Both the position numbers and the translations under genes were made by a program. Below, in pieces: positions 12,633 to 23,274 of a DNA stretch of 23,274 nt (the first letter of the stretch is position 1; every line of letters begins with the position of its first letter). The stretch is from Tubiluchus corallicola (Eukaryota > Animalia > Priapulida): NCBI GenBank assembly GCA_030141605.1, contig JAQGDQ010001856.1, positions 1 through 23,274 on the forward strand, in the 5' to 3' direction. Below the pieces are notes generated by a model. The model was not told where the DNA came from, did not search any database, and was given only the letters and a program-made list of their open reading frames with translations.

Positions 12633-12711
12633 AATGGTGAAATCTTTCACGCTGCCTGCAGCCGACAAACCTGGCTTTTTATTGTAACCTCGCAGCGCCA
12701 TCTGTAGACAA

Positions 12712-14139
12712 ATGGGGGAAGCAAAAGAAGATTGTGACTGTGACGTTGCAGGGCACAGGGAGACCGACGTCTGGAATAATCCCAGCCTCAACGACCAAAG
12801 CATCAAATCTGGAGAACTAGTTCCTCTTCAAGAATCAGCAGCGGGTGACCACGTGATCACCAAGACCCATTCAGATCATCTGCGCAGCCACGGCAGCGCC
12901 CCTTCTGGTCATAATCCGAACGAACGAATAACGGTGAACGTTAGCGGGCTGAGGTTCGAAACTAGAGCCAAGACTTTGAGACGTTATCCGCACTCTCTAC
13001 TTGGGGATCCGAATAAACGTCGAAAATACTTCGATCCCTTAAGAAATGAGTATTATTTTGACCGACATCGACCAAGTTTCGATGCCATACTCCATTACTA
13101 TCAGAGTCACGGTCGTTTGCAGAGACCAGCAAATGTGCCAATAGAAGTGTTTGCTAGTGAAATCAAGTTCTTTCAATTGGGTGATGCTGTTTTGGATAAA
13201 TTTCGCCTCAAGGAGGGCCTCGTCGAGGAGAAAGAGAGGAAGTTGCCAAAAAGCGATCTGCAGAGAAAGATTTGGCAGCTTTTCGAGCATCCCGATAGTT
13301 CTTCCATGGCTCGCATCGTAGCGCTGATATCAGTCAGTGTCATTGTTCTGTCCGTTGTTGTGTTTTGTGTGGAAACATTGCCATCAGTACAAAACATGAT
13401 TCGGTTAAAGGAGAACGCCACCATTTCTCTAACCGAACTCGAGGAGGCGTTCAAAGATCCGTTCTTCGTCATTGAGACCATCTGTGTTACGTGGTTCACC
13501 TTTGAACTGTTCATGAGGTTTTCCTCTTGTCCGGAGAAGGTCAAGTTCTGGAAGAGTTTCATGAATGTCATCGACTTCATTGCTATCATTCCATTCTTTG
13601 TGACGCTGGGCATTGCCCTTGCCAACGAGACGTCTAACATGGGCGCCATGTCGCTGGCTGTATTACGTGTGTTCAGACTGGTGCGCGTGTTTAGGATATT
13701 CAAACTTTCCCGACATTACAAAGGACTCCAAATCATTGGCTTGACTCTCAAGGCCAGCACTCCTGAACTGGGTCTGCTCATATTTTTTCTCCTGATCGGA
13801 ACGGTTCTGTTCAGTTCTGCCGTGTTCTTTGCGGAACAAGACAATCCGACTGGAACCAAATTTCCCAGCATTCCTGCTGCTTTCTGGTGGGCGATTGTGA
13901 CGATGACGACAATCGGTTACGGAGATCTGGTGCCGGAAACTCCCTGGGGAAAGCTTGTAGGATCATTATGTGTGATTTCGGGGGTGTTGACCATTGCCCT
14001 GCCTGTTCCTATTATCGTGTCAAATTTTGACTACTACTATCATCATCACTCAGAGGTTGACGCTTACAGCAACAACGATGACGATGACTATGACGGTGAA
14101 TCCGACGATAGTGACGCCGAGACCGAGACGCAAATCTGA
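12712..14139 (+). CDS. KCNA: Voltage-gated potassium channel, Shaker/Kv1 (KCNA-like) alpha subunit, 475 aa, intronless CDS (right copy)
   Basis: T1 domain ([14 protein letters not shown]...[24 protein letters not shown]), six hydrophobic segments, S4 [18 protein letters not shown], pore [17 protein letters not shown]6 hinge [12 protein letters not shown]-terminal ETQI. Family-level symbol only; no specific paralog is assigned. Confidence 0.97.
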   Translation: MGEAKEDCDCDVAGHRETDVWNNPSLNDQSIKSGELVPLQESAAGDHVITKTHSDHLRSHGSAPSGHNPNERITVNVSGLRFETRAKTLRRYPHSLLGDPNKRRKYFDPLRNEYYFDRHRPSFDAILHYYQSHGRLQRPANVPIEVFASEIKFFQLGDAVLDKFRLKEGLVEEKERKLPKSDLQRKIWQLFEHPDSSSMARIVALISVSVIVLSVVVFCVETLPSVQNMIRLKENATISLTELEEAFKDPFFVIETICVTWFTFELFMRFSSCPEKVKFWKSFMNVIDFIAIIPFFVTLGIALANETSNMGAMSLAVLRVFRLVRVFRIFKLSRHYKGLQIIGLTLKASTPELGLLIFFLLIGTVLFSSAVFFAEQDNPTGTKFPSIPAAFWWAIVTMTTIGYGDLVPETPWGKLVGSLCVISGVLTIALPVPIIVSNFDYYYHHHSEVDAYSNNDDDDYDGESDDSDAETETQI

Positions 14140-14142
14140 CTA

Positions 14143-14788
14143 GGTGTGGACGAGCAGAGAAAGCATCTACTTAAGGGAAAAGCTACAAGGATGAGGCCGG
14201 GAAAGTCCCTGGTTACAAAAAGAAAAGCTTGACACGCTCTGTGCAAGATTGGCTAACTTGCATTCCAAGACACAGGGAATATTTACTGATGTGGCCAGGA
14301 AAATCCCTGGTTACAAAAAGGAAAGCTTGACACTCTCTATGCAAGATGCCTAACTTGCTTTCGATGACACAGAGAATATTCACTGACGTGGGAATGAGAA
14401 TCAAAATGTGGCACCAATTCAACCAGTGTTAAATGAGCCACATCTGTGTGAGTGCACCGAGAACTGTCAAACTTACCACAAAATGCCAAAAATGACAGAT
14501 GCTAAGTGACAAATGCCAAAATGACAGATGATAAGCTATAGTAACAGTGGTGGCTCGTGGCTAAAATTACTGAGTGCTGCTTCAGAAAATGTTTTGCCAT
14601 TGTTTTAATACTGTATAAAAACCAAAGAAACATATGTAATTTTAATGCTCTAATTTGTAATTGTAATTTTAAACAAACATTGAGACTATTGAGTGAAAAT
14701 AGGGCGTGGTACGGTACCTATAAATAAGCCACCACTGAACAGTAATGAAATCCAACGGAATTGTTCTACTTTTCTGCTCGTCCACACT
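14143..14788. mobile_element. MITE-like element with terminal inverted repeats, just after the Kv1 stop (right arm)
   Basis: GTGTGGACGAGCAGA (14144-14158) and its perfect reverse complement TCTGCTCGTCCACAC (14773-14787); TA on both outer flanks (14141-42, 14789-90). Internal ~98-bp tandem duplication and short aatgccaaaa(a)tgacagatg repeat. Confidence 0.6.
14195..14390. repeat. Imperfect ~98-bp tandem duplication (mirror ~8861-9056)
   Basis: tccctggttacaaaaag(a/g)aaagcttgacac...gacacag(g/a)gaatatt(t/c)actga occurs at 14206 and 14304. Confidence 0.9.
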
Positions 14789-17754
14789 TATCTGGTACAT
14801 GACAAACTTTTGTGATTTCACAACTATCTACACCATTGTTATAAAAAGTATTTGACTAAGTTTAAAGAAAGGTGAGCAGTTAGGGAAGCTTGTACGTGCA
14901 TAAGATTTGGAATGGGAGTACCTGGAAGTACAAGTGTTGCACAAAGCCACGTGATGGTCACGTGATAGGATAATTTGCACTTGAAAACTACGGAAATATA
15001 TGAATTCGAATATTTGTGTTGGAAAACTGGTTTAGTGCCCCATTTCAAAATTCGTTTATGCCTCTTTTACTGAAATGGACTCGTTAAATTAAAAAACCCA
15101 ACTTCAAATTTAAATTAAATTCAAATTTCACTATCTATTATTTTCGTGAAATGACTTCACATAATTATTATTTTTTATTTTTATTATGGAAATTAAGACT
15201 ACCACGACATTTTTATTACGGAAGTTAAGACTACCAATTAAGATTTTTGACATCTGTGCAGTACTGAGTATCTCTTACAGAATTACTAACTTAAATAACT
15301 GTCAAGATGCAGAAGAGATGTAACGTCTTTAATTTTCCAAAACCATTTCAGCATTATAACGTGTTTTCTTTGTTGGACTTATCTCATAAGGCTTTTCACA
15401 GTTCCAACGATTGATGATGATCGTGAAAATGTCAAAGGTTAATTGTTCCAGACAACACATTTGTGTACAGTTGACAACGCCTCGCAGCTCATGTTATAGC
15501 AACAGTATTAACAGCTGGCTAGGACTTTACCTAGTTCACTTTTTCTTGTTCCCAAGCAAGATCCTGCTAGTAAGTCACTTTATGCACAGACTAATGCATA
15601 ATTAAGTAAAGTCCAAGTAAAACTAATGAAGTTACTGAACTGATACGGCAGACAACTTTGCTTTACACACGTGTCACGTGAAGGTTGTAGTTAGGACGCG
15701 TTTCTGTGATAAATTTAACCTTTGACCTACAGCAACTGTTCGTGCGCACATCGAAACTGTGAAAAGGCTTATTTCTTCTGTCCATTCAGCGTTCTTTATG
15801 GTGACTACTTATCAAATCAACTCTCTACTTATTACGTGAATTTTAACTTATCCCTGATGATGAGTGTTAGATTAACTTATCCCTGATGATGAGTGTTAGA
15901 CTACTAGTAATTGCTTTGACAGTTAGTGCAATCTGCCATCTAGGCTTTATTCAGTTGTGTCAGTACTGCACCTTACAATTAAGCATTGCGTTGCATGTGT
16001 GTTGCAGTGTACCCGACTGTTGTGCATTCTGCACTGTGAGAGCACTGTAGAGCATCATACAATTGCGTATTCTGCAATGTGCATGCTCCGCACTGTAGAG
16101 TACCATACAGTTGCATATTGTACACTGTGCATACACTGCAGCGTACCTCACAGTTGTGCATTCTACTCTGTGCATACACTGCAGAGTACCCTGCAGTTGT
16201 GCATTCTACACTGTACAAACACCGTAGAATACCCTGAGTTCCACAGTTACGCACTCTGCATTATGTATGTACTGTCGATTAGCCTACAGTCACGCATTCT
16301 GCACAATGTGTGTACTATAGAGTCCCTACACTTACGTGATCTGCAGTACATCTAGGCTCTAGATTATCTTACAGTTATGCATTAAACACTGTGTACCCTG
16401 AATAGTGCTTAAGCTGTGAATCCCGCTTTATACTCTGTACAGTTTCTTACAGTGTGGCATTAAGTACTGTGTCTCTATAGCACACAGAGCAAGTTATCTA
16501 CATTTTGAAGTACCTCATTTTAACTACACATTTGCTCATTGCTTTAAGTGCATAGGCTGCCAAATACATGTCTATAGTAAAGCATAGGTGTTGTAGTTCT
16601 TATTTCTCGTAGGTTACTGAATTAGATTGTTGTCTCTTGCTAAACTACTTCTATTAATAATCTTCTTCCTACTCAAACAAAAATAAAAATAATAAAATTT
16701 TATTTTACCTGGTAAAACTTGCAATGTTTCATAGACCACAGTAGCTTATGGTCAGCAGATGTGACAAAGTAGCATAAGCAGCAATGTAAGGTTAATTCTT
16801 TGTCATGCATGCTTATGCTTCTTCATCAAGCCTGCTGAAGGTAAGCGGCTATGGTCTGCAAAATATCACAATCTTTACTGTGTAAAACAAAGCCCTTGAG
16901 CTCCAATGCTTCTTGTATTATTTGCTTAGTGTTAGTGAACTCGAGCTCATTTTTGCCTTCTGGAAAAAAGTTGTACCATTTTTTTTACTTCTAAAACTGT
17001 TTTGATATGCCCGACAAGACGGTAAATAAGGATAAACGCGTAGAAATGGATTAATTAGAGATAATATTTTATGACATAATTTTACGAACAACAAATTAAC
17101 AGTTACAGAAACTCTTGACAGCCCGTGTAGCACTACATTATCAAGAAGAAGTCCGTATTAAAAATAGTGCGGGATATTGTTACTTAACAGCCTCTCTTAT
17201 TTGCTATAATTTAGTAGGTGTTGGTTAGGCCATTTTTTAGATGATTTTCGTAAAATAATTTTGATTGTCTGAGTATTAACATTCTTTTTTATATTAAATT
17301 GACGAATTAAATATTACAGATTACTTAAAGAGGTAAAATATGAAGACGAATTGATAATTTTATGTAATGATCATTGTTTATGATTGATTTTTTTATGTTA
17401 AGCCGACCAGTATTTTATAAGCTTGTGATATCGTTGTGCTGGTAAATTTTAATGAATTTTGTTACAAGGTGATACGTTTTGTATTTTTTCGTATAGACGG
17501 CAGCACTTGTATTCTACTTGATTTTAATTTACAACAGCTTGAGGCTTGGGCTATTGCGAATTTGTTAGAGGATGTTTTTAATGCAAAAGAAATTTGTTTA
17601 TTTGTCGTGTTTGTCACGCGACAATGTTGCATTGTGTACATAATTATTTTAGTTGTTAATTAAAACAATCGATGTTAGCGCCATAGTTGTTAAATTTCAA
17701 AATAATATTGATGTAAATAATCAAATAAACTATTATTGAGCTGTTTTCATGACT

Positions 17755-18203
<449 letters not shown>

Positions 18204-19936
18204 GGAGAGAGAGAGAAGGTGAGCACATAAATCACACGAGAAGTTATAGCAACAAACATCTAAATATCAAAATAACAAGTAAAAACTTTTTCATAAAATG
18301 TCATGATTTGTTCGTGAGCGTGCTTAGTCAGTTGGTTAATCAGAACTGCTTAGCAGACAAATTAGATGAATGCACTTGTTCAGCATTTCAGGTGGTTTCG
18401 GCAGTCAGGCAAATAGACAGGGAGTGAATAAATGACTGAATAAAAAGACGAACAAATGAGCCAGCCTGTCAGGTGGTCAGTCAGTAAGTCAGTCAAATTG
18501 TTTATTTATTTATACCTTATTGTCGTTAATCTATTATTTGTGTATTTTTTCTATGAATTTATGTTTGAAATACAGTAATAAATCAAAATCAAATTAATTA
18601 GTCAGTCAGCTAATCAGTCAGTCAGTCAGCTAATCAGTCAGTCAGTCAGTCAGTCAGTCAGTCAGTCAGTCAGTCAGTCAGTCAGTCAGTCAGTCAGTCA
18701 GTCAGTCAGTCAGTCAGTCAGTCAGTCAGTCAGTCAGTCAGTCAGTCAGTCAGTCAGTCAGTCAGTCAGTCAGTCAGTCAGTCTCAGTCAGTCGGTCTGT
18801 CAGTCAATCAGCCACTTAGTGAGTTAATCAGTCATACAGTAATACAGTAATAAATCAAAATCAAATTAATTAGTCAGTCAGCTAATCAGTCAGTCAGTCA
18901 GTCAGTCAGTCAGTCAGTCAGTCAGTCAGTCAGTCAGTCAGTCAGTCAGTCAGTCAGTCAGTCAGTCAGTCAGTCAGTCAGTCAGTCAGTCAGTCAGTCA
19001 GTCAGTCAGTTAGTCAGTCAGTCAGTCGGTCTGTCAGTCAATCAGCCACTTAGTGAGTTAATCAGTCATTCAACCAGGCAGTAAAACAATCTTTCATTCT
19101 TTCATTTACATTTCAATAAAACTGCAGCAGTTTAGCACAGCGTGGACACCCGGCTTCATCAGCTCCGGCCACTAACCCAGCAGAGATTCGCTGTTTTGGT
19201 ATCCCATTCACAGTAACTGGCTTCTGTTTAAGCTATCAGCTTCTATTAGTACTGAACAACTCGGCAAAAGAGAGGGTGTAATTATCGTCGTGTGTGTTTT
19301 AGGAGCAGTAGCCTTGGTGTAAAAATGACTGGAGTTGCTTAATTGGACTGTGATAGTGCAAATTTGATAATTGTGATGATACAGTTAAAGTTTAATAACC
19401 AATAATAATCAGAAAAGTTTCACAAGGAAAGTGTTGGAAATTTGTTGATGGTGGTGTTCATGTTTCGTAAGTTCGCAATTCACGTTGGCTGGATTAATAT
19501 CTTGAAAGACCAAACTAGAAGGACATATTATTATTTATAATATACGTTGCGTTGCGTGGCTCCATCTGGTGGTCAACTTAAAGGTGGACTTTGGTTAATG
19601 TTTCATACATGCAGGTTTGAAATTAGGCCCCCTCTCTTTTTAAAACGTAAGCTATGTATGTACTATTATCCTCCCTTGCTCATAGCATCTCTTTCTCTCT
19701 CTCTCTCTCTCTCTCTCATACTCTCTCTCGCTCTCTCTTTCTCTCTTTGACACTCCATCTCTCTCTTTCTCTGTCTGTCTCTCTCTCTCTCTTTCTCTCT
19801 CTGTCTCTCTCTCTCTCTCTCTCGCTCTCTCATACTCTCTCTCGCTCTCTCTTTCTCTCTTTGACACTCCATCTCTCTCTTTCTCTGTCTGTCTCTCTTT
19901 CTCTCCGTCTCTCTCTCTGTCTCTCTGTTTCTCTGT

Positions 19937-19988
<52 letters not shown>

Positions 19989-19989
19989 G

Positions 19990-20041
<52 letters not shown>

Positions 20042-20049
20042 TCTCTGTT

Positions 20050-20114
<65 letters not shown>

Positions 20115-21587
20115 CATGTCCAATGTCCTGTAGCTGCTTAAAAACATTTCCAATGTCCACAGATACTCATTCATGTCCAATGTCCAACAGATACTCCTGC
20201 GTGTCCAACGTTCAGCAGATGCTCGTACATGTCCAATGTCCAGCAGATGTTCTTGCATGTCCAATGTCCTGTAGTTGCTCATACATGTACAATGTCCAGC
20301 AGATACTCATTCATGATGTCCAACAGATGTTCATACATGTCCACTGTCCTGTAGTTGCTCATACATGTCCAATGTCCAACAGATGCTCATGCATGTCCAA
20401 TGTCCAGCAGATGCTCTTATGAATCCAATATCCCATGGACGCCCACAGATATTTTAATATCCCATAGAAACGTTCCGATGTCCAATATCTCATAGATGCT
20501 CACAGAAGCACAATTCAATGTGTACGAACATTTTTTAGCTATTAGGTATCCCAAAGATGCTCACAAACCTCTATGCCTTTTAGATGTTTAATATTCCACA
20601 GATGCTGGTAGATACTCAATGTACCTTGGATGCTTACATTTCTAATAGGACTACATTAGATTACATTTAGAATAAGAAGGTATCTCTCAAACATAGAATA
20701 AAAAAATACTGGAACAAATGCAAATTGATGTTGTCAGGCAACAGTGTTTTGGCAACGGGTTACATCTGAGAAGTGGGAAAAGTTCAGTCACATGTTACAA
20801 ACTTCTGGAATGAATCACTCAATCCATTTCACTTTCAAGGATTTCATGATTGTTTAACTTTGTACAGCTGATATGTAATCCAATGGCTTTGCTTACTAGA
20901 CTTCTACAGCTGATGTAATATAAGTCCAACCTGTGCCCAAATTTTATTTACCAAGTGCCTCACACAACTATATTTTTTCTATGAATTAAGAATTATATCC
21001 AAAAAGGAGATTATCTATTGAGTGCAGTTGACTTGAGCAGACTTGACCCAGATTTAGATGTTTGACCTACATTTGAAGGATTATTTTAATCTCTGTGAGT
21101 AACTTGCAGCAGTAATCAGATTTTAGCAAAACTTTTGTAAAACAAGGCTTATTAAGTATTCACAAGATTTTGGTGTTAAGAGGAATGTTACCTACAGGTA
21201 GCTGCTCTCAATGACTCAATTTCTGACAGTAATAACTGTTAAAACTTTTTGAACCCCTAATTATGAATTATTTTGCTGCTAATTATCAGATTTTTAATAG
21301 AAGTTGCACAATGAATAGCAGAAGATGCGATTGGACAAAACAGCCAAATACTTTATATTTAATTGATAATTAATCAGTAACAATCTTCCATGACTTTCGT
21401 GACATCAGTTTTCACTCATATTAGGTGTTGTAGTGTACAAAAATGGTACACAGACGATAAACATGTTCTTGGTACTATTGTATGATTCAATTTTTTGCAA
21501 TTTCCCTTTTCCACACTTTGCTTTCAAACGATCATGTTTTCTTTTCGTAGTTTTTAGTTAACCAAACTAGCTAATTTGTCATTTTAG

Positions 21588-21745
21588 GTTTTTCTACGGC
21601 AAAAGGAGAATTGGTCAATGCAATTTTATTTCCCAAGCCTATGGATTTCAAGTTTTATAGTGATGCATTCAAGTTTGTGCTTGCCATGGGAGCTATTGCA
21701 ACCTGTGGTATGGCATATGGTATATATGCGCAGATACAGGATGGG
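21588..21745 (+). CDS. ATP13A: P5B-type ATPase (ATP13A2/3-like) internal exon A
   Basis: ttttag|GT TTT TCT...GAT GGG|gtatgc; translates (G)FSTAKGELVNAILFPKPMDFKFYSDAFKFVLAMGAIATCGMAYGIYAQIQDG, matching the GFSTxKGxLV..IL(F/Y)PKP segment and M3 of P5B ATPases. Begins in phase 1. Confidence 0.92.
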
Positions 21746-21964
21746 GTATGCACATTTTTCCCATATATGTCGAGAAACCATTGATTCCTATATTTATTAG
21801 TTCTTAATTTATATTTTATCAGTGTGTTTAGTTTAGCTGCTTAATTAAAAATTATGTAAAATGTTTTTGGCTAACTTGCCTAGTACTTTCTATTCTGTAT
21901 AGATGTAAAAATGATAGTATAATACATTCTCTTTCAACATGATAATATTTGGTGATATTCTCAG

Positions 21965-22153
21965 GAGGGAACCGAGGAAGTCATATTACGGGCCATTGAT
22001 ATCATCACTATTGTCGTTCCACCTTCTTTACCTGCAGCAATGACAGTTGGAACGATTTATGCACAAAACCGCTTAAAAGGTCAAGGAATATTTTGCATTT
22101 CGCCGCCACGAATCAACGTCAGTGGAAAGTTAAAACTTTTTTGCTTTGACAAA
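21965..22153 (+). CDS. ATP13A: P5B-type ATPase (ATP13A2/3-like) internal exon B (M4 and phosphorylation-site Asp)
   Basis: tctcag|GAG...GAC AAA|gtgagt; 63 codons [63 protein letters not shown]. PPxLP M4 motif and IFCISP..IN..G..CFDK are characteristic of P5B. Confidence 0.95.
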
Positions 22154-22719
22154 GTGAGTAGTTTTGGAGTCAAAGAGTTTAATTTTCTTGTTTGAACAGT
22201 TACTTTTCTTCTTCATTTGCACCTCTATTCTGATATCAGATCTTCTTTTCTGGGTGGGGGAGGGGAGAGGTGAGGTGGAAAGGGCAATATAAATAAATGC
22301 AAATATTTCAGCTTGTTTATACATTTTTTGAATTAATGCGTGTAAAGCATTATTACGTCTGTGTCAACCGATTCTGGAAGTTAAGTACATTCTAGCAAAT
22401 AAATTGCAAATTATGTGTGAGTTGTGCTGTTTTCTTTCATCCTAGAGAATTTCGTGAACTTAATTTAGTATTGTTTTTTATTTCAAGCTTTTTTATTTAC
22501 AGAGTTAACATTTTTAACACTTAACAAAATCGGGAATTTTTTTAATGCCAAGTTAGGTGGTAGATAACTATCTTTTACACAGTCAGCTTGTTTGTGCAAT
22601 GTGTGTATCAGCAATCAATATTTTTGACGAGGAGTTTGTACTGGTTGTTACAAGCAATATTACAAAGTTACAAGGCTGAAGTTATAGAAAGTGTTTCACC
22701 ATTCAACATGTTTTTTCAG

Positions 22720-22781
22720 ACTGGGACGTTAACCGAAGAAGGACTAGATCTGTGGGGAATTGTCCCAGTTGATAAAGACTG
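22720..22781 (+). CDS. ATP13A: P5B-type ATPase (ATP13A2/3-like) internal exon C
   Basis: ttttttcag|ACT GGG ACG...GAC TG|gtatgt; TGTLTEEGLDLWGIVPVDKD completes DKTGTLT in frame with exon B. Confidence 0.93.
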
Positions 22782-22821
22782 GTATGTAGCCATAGTACTC
22801 GTAATTATGACCGAATTATAG

Positions 22822-23020
22822 ACCTGGGTGTATAGCGCAAATGTAGCATACTCACCCCACCCCCCTTTGGAGGTCGTAGGTTCAACTCCCATCCGAGTTC
22901 TCCAAAGACTCCAACATAGTACCGCGCGAGTAATAATAATCAGGACCACCTTGAATACAAGTATTGTGTTACTTAAGGTGCTACCTCTGCACTTTGTTCT
23001 GAACGAAATTATTATTATTA
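22822..23020 (+). mobile_element. tRNA-derived SINE-like element in ATP13A intron
   Basis: A-box-like TAGCGCAAATGTAG, B-box GGTTCAACTCC (22879-22889), 3' stem-loop accttgaata...tacttaaggt, and an (ATT)n tail at 23008-23020. Confidence 0.6.
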
Positions 23021-23274
23021 ATACGCTAATTACTAAATGCTACTACGTTTATCAAAATTTATCTTTGTGCATGTTTTAACATCCTTATTTATAAATGTGT
23101 GTGTCTGTGTGGCATCTGATAGTATTAAATTTGTTGATGGACGTCTTTTTGCACTTGATCTGAAGCAAACTAATAATCCTGAAGCATGAATGAATACAGT
23201 CAAGCTTCAGAAGAAATAAATGCTCTTTATGAATGATATTGACACATTTTCAGTTTTGTCTTGTGCAAAAGAAA

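Noticed and set aside
12760-12771. Internal ETDV in the Kv1 N-terminus, identical to the Shaker C-terminal PDZ ligand
   Set aside because: Canonical PDZ binding needs a free C-terminus; a four-residue match is likely chance.
22252-22284. G-rich tract gggtgggggaggggagaggtgaggtggaaaggg, possible G-quadruplex
   Set aside because: A common intronic purine tract with no evidence of function.
22826-22898. Possible functional tRNA gene
   Set aside because: The T-arm/B-box is present, but the anticodon region (ccccacccccc) does not form a convincing stem and a SINE-like tail follows.

Overview
AT-rich, intron- and microsatellite-containing animal genomic DNA, probably from an invertebrate (taxon not determinable here). 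The whole window is one giant inverted repeat: left arm 1-10681 and right arm 12570-23274 are near-identical reverse complements out to both window edges, around a unique 1888-bp spacer (10682-12569). Each arm carries an intact single-exon Shaker/Kv1 (KCNA-like) potassium channel ORF of 475 aa. The two copies are head-to-head, encode identical proteins, and I found one synonymous difference. Each arm also carries, about 7.4 kb downstream on the same strand, three internal exons of a P5B-type ATPase (ATP13A2/3-like; PPSLP and CFDK|TGTLT motifs) whose 5' exons I could not find anywhere in the window. The arms further contain two TA-flanked MITE-like elements, a ~185-bp foldback, a tRNA-derived SINE-like element, and micro- and minisatellites. 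The spacer holds two decayed, divergently oriented LINE ORF2 3' fragments. Arm differences cluster in a ~1.35-kb patch. The main open question is whether this is a real palindromic duplication or an assembly join of two haplotypes (for example through a heterozygous inversion of the spacer); the sequence alone cannot decide.
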